A stretch of 64,000 nucleotides of DNA. Source: Gemmatimonadaceae bacterium (GTDB taxonomy: Bacteria > Gemmatimonadota > Gemmatimonadetes > Gemmatimonadales > Gemmatimonadaceae). The notes beneath the pieces are model-generated. The model was not told where the DNA came from, ran no database searches, and worked only from the letters and a program-made list of their open reading frames with translations. Location of the stretch: the NCBI GenBank assembly GCA_044224875.1, contig JBGAJQ010000010.1:32001-96000 (forward strand). The letters run 5' to 3'. The position numbers and the translations under genes were made by a program. Positions 63,142 to 64,000 of the stretch are shown piece after piece. Numbering within the stretch: the first letter of the stretch is position 1; every line of letters begins with the position of its first letter.

Positions 63142-64000
63142 GAGACACTCCGCCACAAGGAGTCGTCCCGCACGACGCGTCCGGCGACAGCGCTCTCCAC
63201 ACAATCCGAGAGCGTACCAAAGACGGTGTCGTAGCCGGTGTTCGCTGGGCCGTAGTGCGCGAACTTGCCGGAGTTCGTCATCAGCACACTGCCCTTCTCC
63301 GGCAGGATGGGGGTGACCACCACACAGGTGTCCGCGACGACCGTGACGCCGGCCCGCTCGAGGGTGGCCAAGCGGCCCGCCGACTCCAACACCTTGAGGT
63401 GCTGCCGCGCGGTACAAACGTAGAACGGAAGTGACAATCGGCGTGCGCCGAGCAACTGCTCGAGAGCAGCGAACTCGTCGAGGGAGAAATGCGGGCTGCC
63501 GACGGCAACCGCGTCCACCGAGTCGCCGGCAGCCGTCGTCAACCGATCCCGCGCCGGCCAAAGGCGTTCAGCCGTCAGCTCAATCACACGTTCGGGAGGA
63601 ACGCCACCGCAGGCATCCCAGCGGGTAGGCGCTTCCGGCGTGACACCGACGGCGTGAAACATGCCCACCGCCCCGGTAGACGCGGCCGCAGCCCCCAATG
63701 CCTTGAGCTGGTCCTCGGAGACCGTCGGGGGCAACCCCTCGAAAGCCACAATGGCATTGCCAAACTCCATGCCTAACCACGTTCCCAGCACCGGGTAGAA
63801 CGCATCGCTCGCCATGAGCATCGCTGGCACAGCGTGGAGCTGAACTACCGTGCGTGCGTAACGTTGCGCTGGCACATGCAGTCCGTAGTACGGGGCGCGC
63901 CCGACGATCGCGCAGCAAATGTCGAGAAAGTCCCCGTAGCGATTGGTCCGCGCCCCAAGGACGGAATTCACGAACACCACCGCATTGCTCTCACCCCAAG
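63138..64000 (-). CDS. Aconitase X catalytic (large) subunit, DUF521, 5' end outside the window
   Basis: WGESNAVVFVNSVLGARTNRY, FHAVGVTPEA, GSPH, DTC, TNSGK. Confidence 0.88.
   Translation of the reverse strand, partial: WGESNAVVFVNSVLGARTNRYGDFLDICCAIVGRAPYYGLHVPAQRYARTVVQLHAVPAMLMASDAFYPVLGTWLGMEFGNAIVAFEGLPPTVSEDQLKALGAAAASTGAVGMFHAVGVTPEAPTRWDACGGVPPERVIELTAERLWPARDRLTTAAGDSVDAVAVGSPHFSLDEFAALEQLLGARRLSLPFYVCTARQHLKVLESAGRLATLERAGVTVVADTCVVVTPILPEKGSVLMTNSGKFAHYGPANTGYDTVFGTLSDCVESAVAGRVVRDDSLWRSVS

Larger units (their letters stand above)
645..63777. repeat. Dispersed over-represented motif (C)GTTAGG(C)/(G)CCTAAC(G)
   Basis: Manual scan found at least 39 hexamers, 33 heptamers (CGTTAGG) and 20 exact octamers (CGTTAGGC), on both strands. 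Confidence 0.75.

Noticed and set aside
645..63777. GTTAGG as telomere-like or CRISPR repeats
   Set aside because: Copies are single and dispersed, never tandem or regularly spaced.

Overview
GC-rich (~65% by eye) bacterial chromosome segment; gene content and order suggest Gemmatimonadota (inference). Almost everything is on the minus strand. From left to right: asnS (partial); an orphan HAMP histidine kinase with a coupled lipoprotein; recG-ftsY; a vWA membrane protein; an M23 peptidase; a dcw cluster lacking mraZ (rsmH-ftsL-ftsI-murE-murF-mraY-murD-ftsW-murG-murC-ftsQ-ftsA, terminator, ftsZ); a secreted TPR protein; tRNA-Val(TAC); a ~17 kb signalling cluster; a housekeeping run (tilS-hpt-ftsH-DUF2723-yggS-divIVA-PNP-ileS-dksA-lspA-rluA); a small membrane protein; a peptidase/beta-propeller/beta-barrel surface protein; an MBL lipoprotein; and a split aconitase X. 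The best candidate for an undescribed system is the signalling cluster. It has a Bacillus/Thermotoga-type Che core (CheW x3, CheY, CheA, CheC, CheD, CheB; no MCP or CheR in the window) surrounding an MglA GTPase, three roadblock domains, two DUF4388-TPR proteins and a tandem DnaA-type AAA+ protein with no DNA-binding domain. A second signal is the non-palindromic motif (C)GTTAGG(C), found at least 39 times on both strands and in several reading frames. Several genes, including the essential murE and ileS, carry indels that look like sequencing or assembly errors. No CRISPR, rRNA, IS or prophage was seen.
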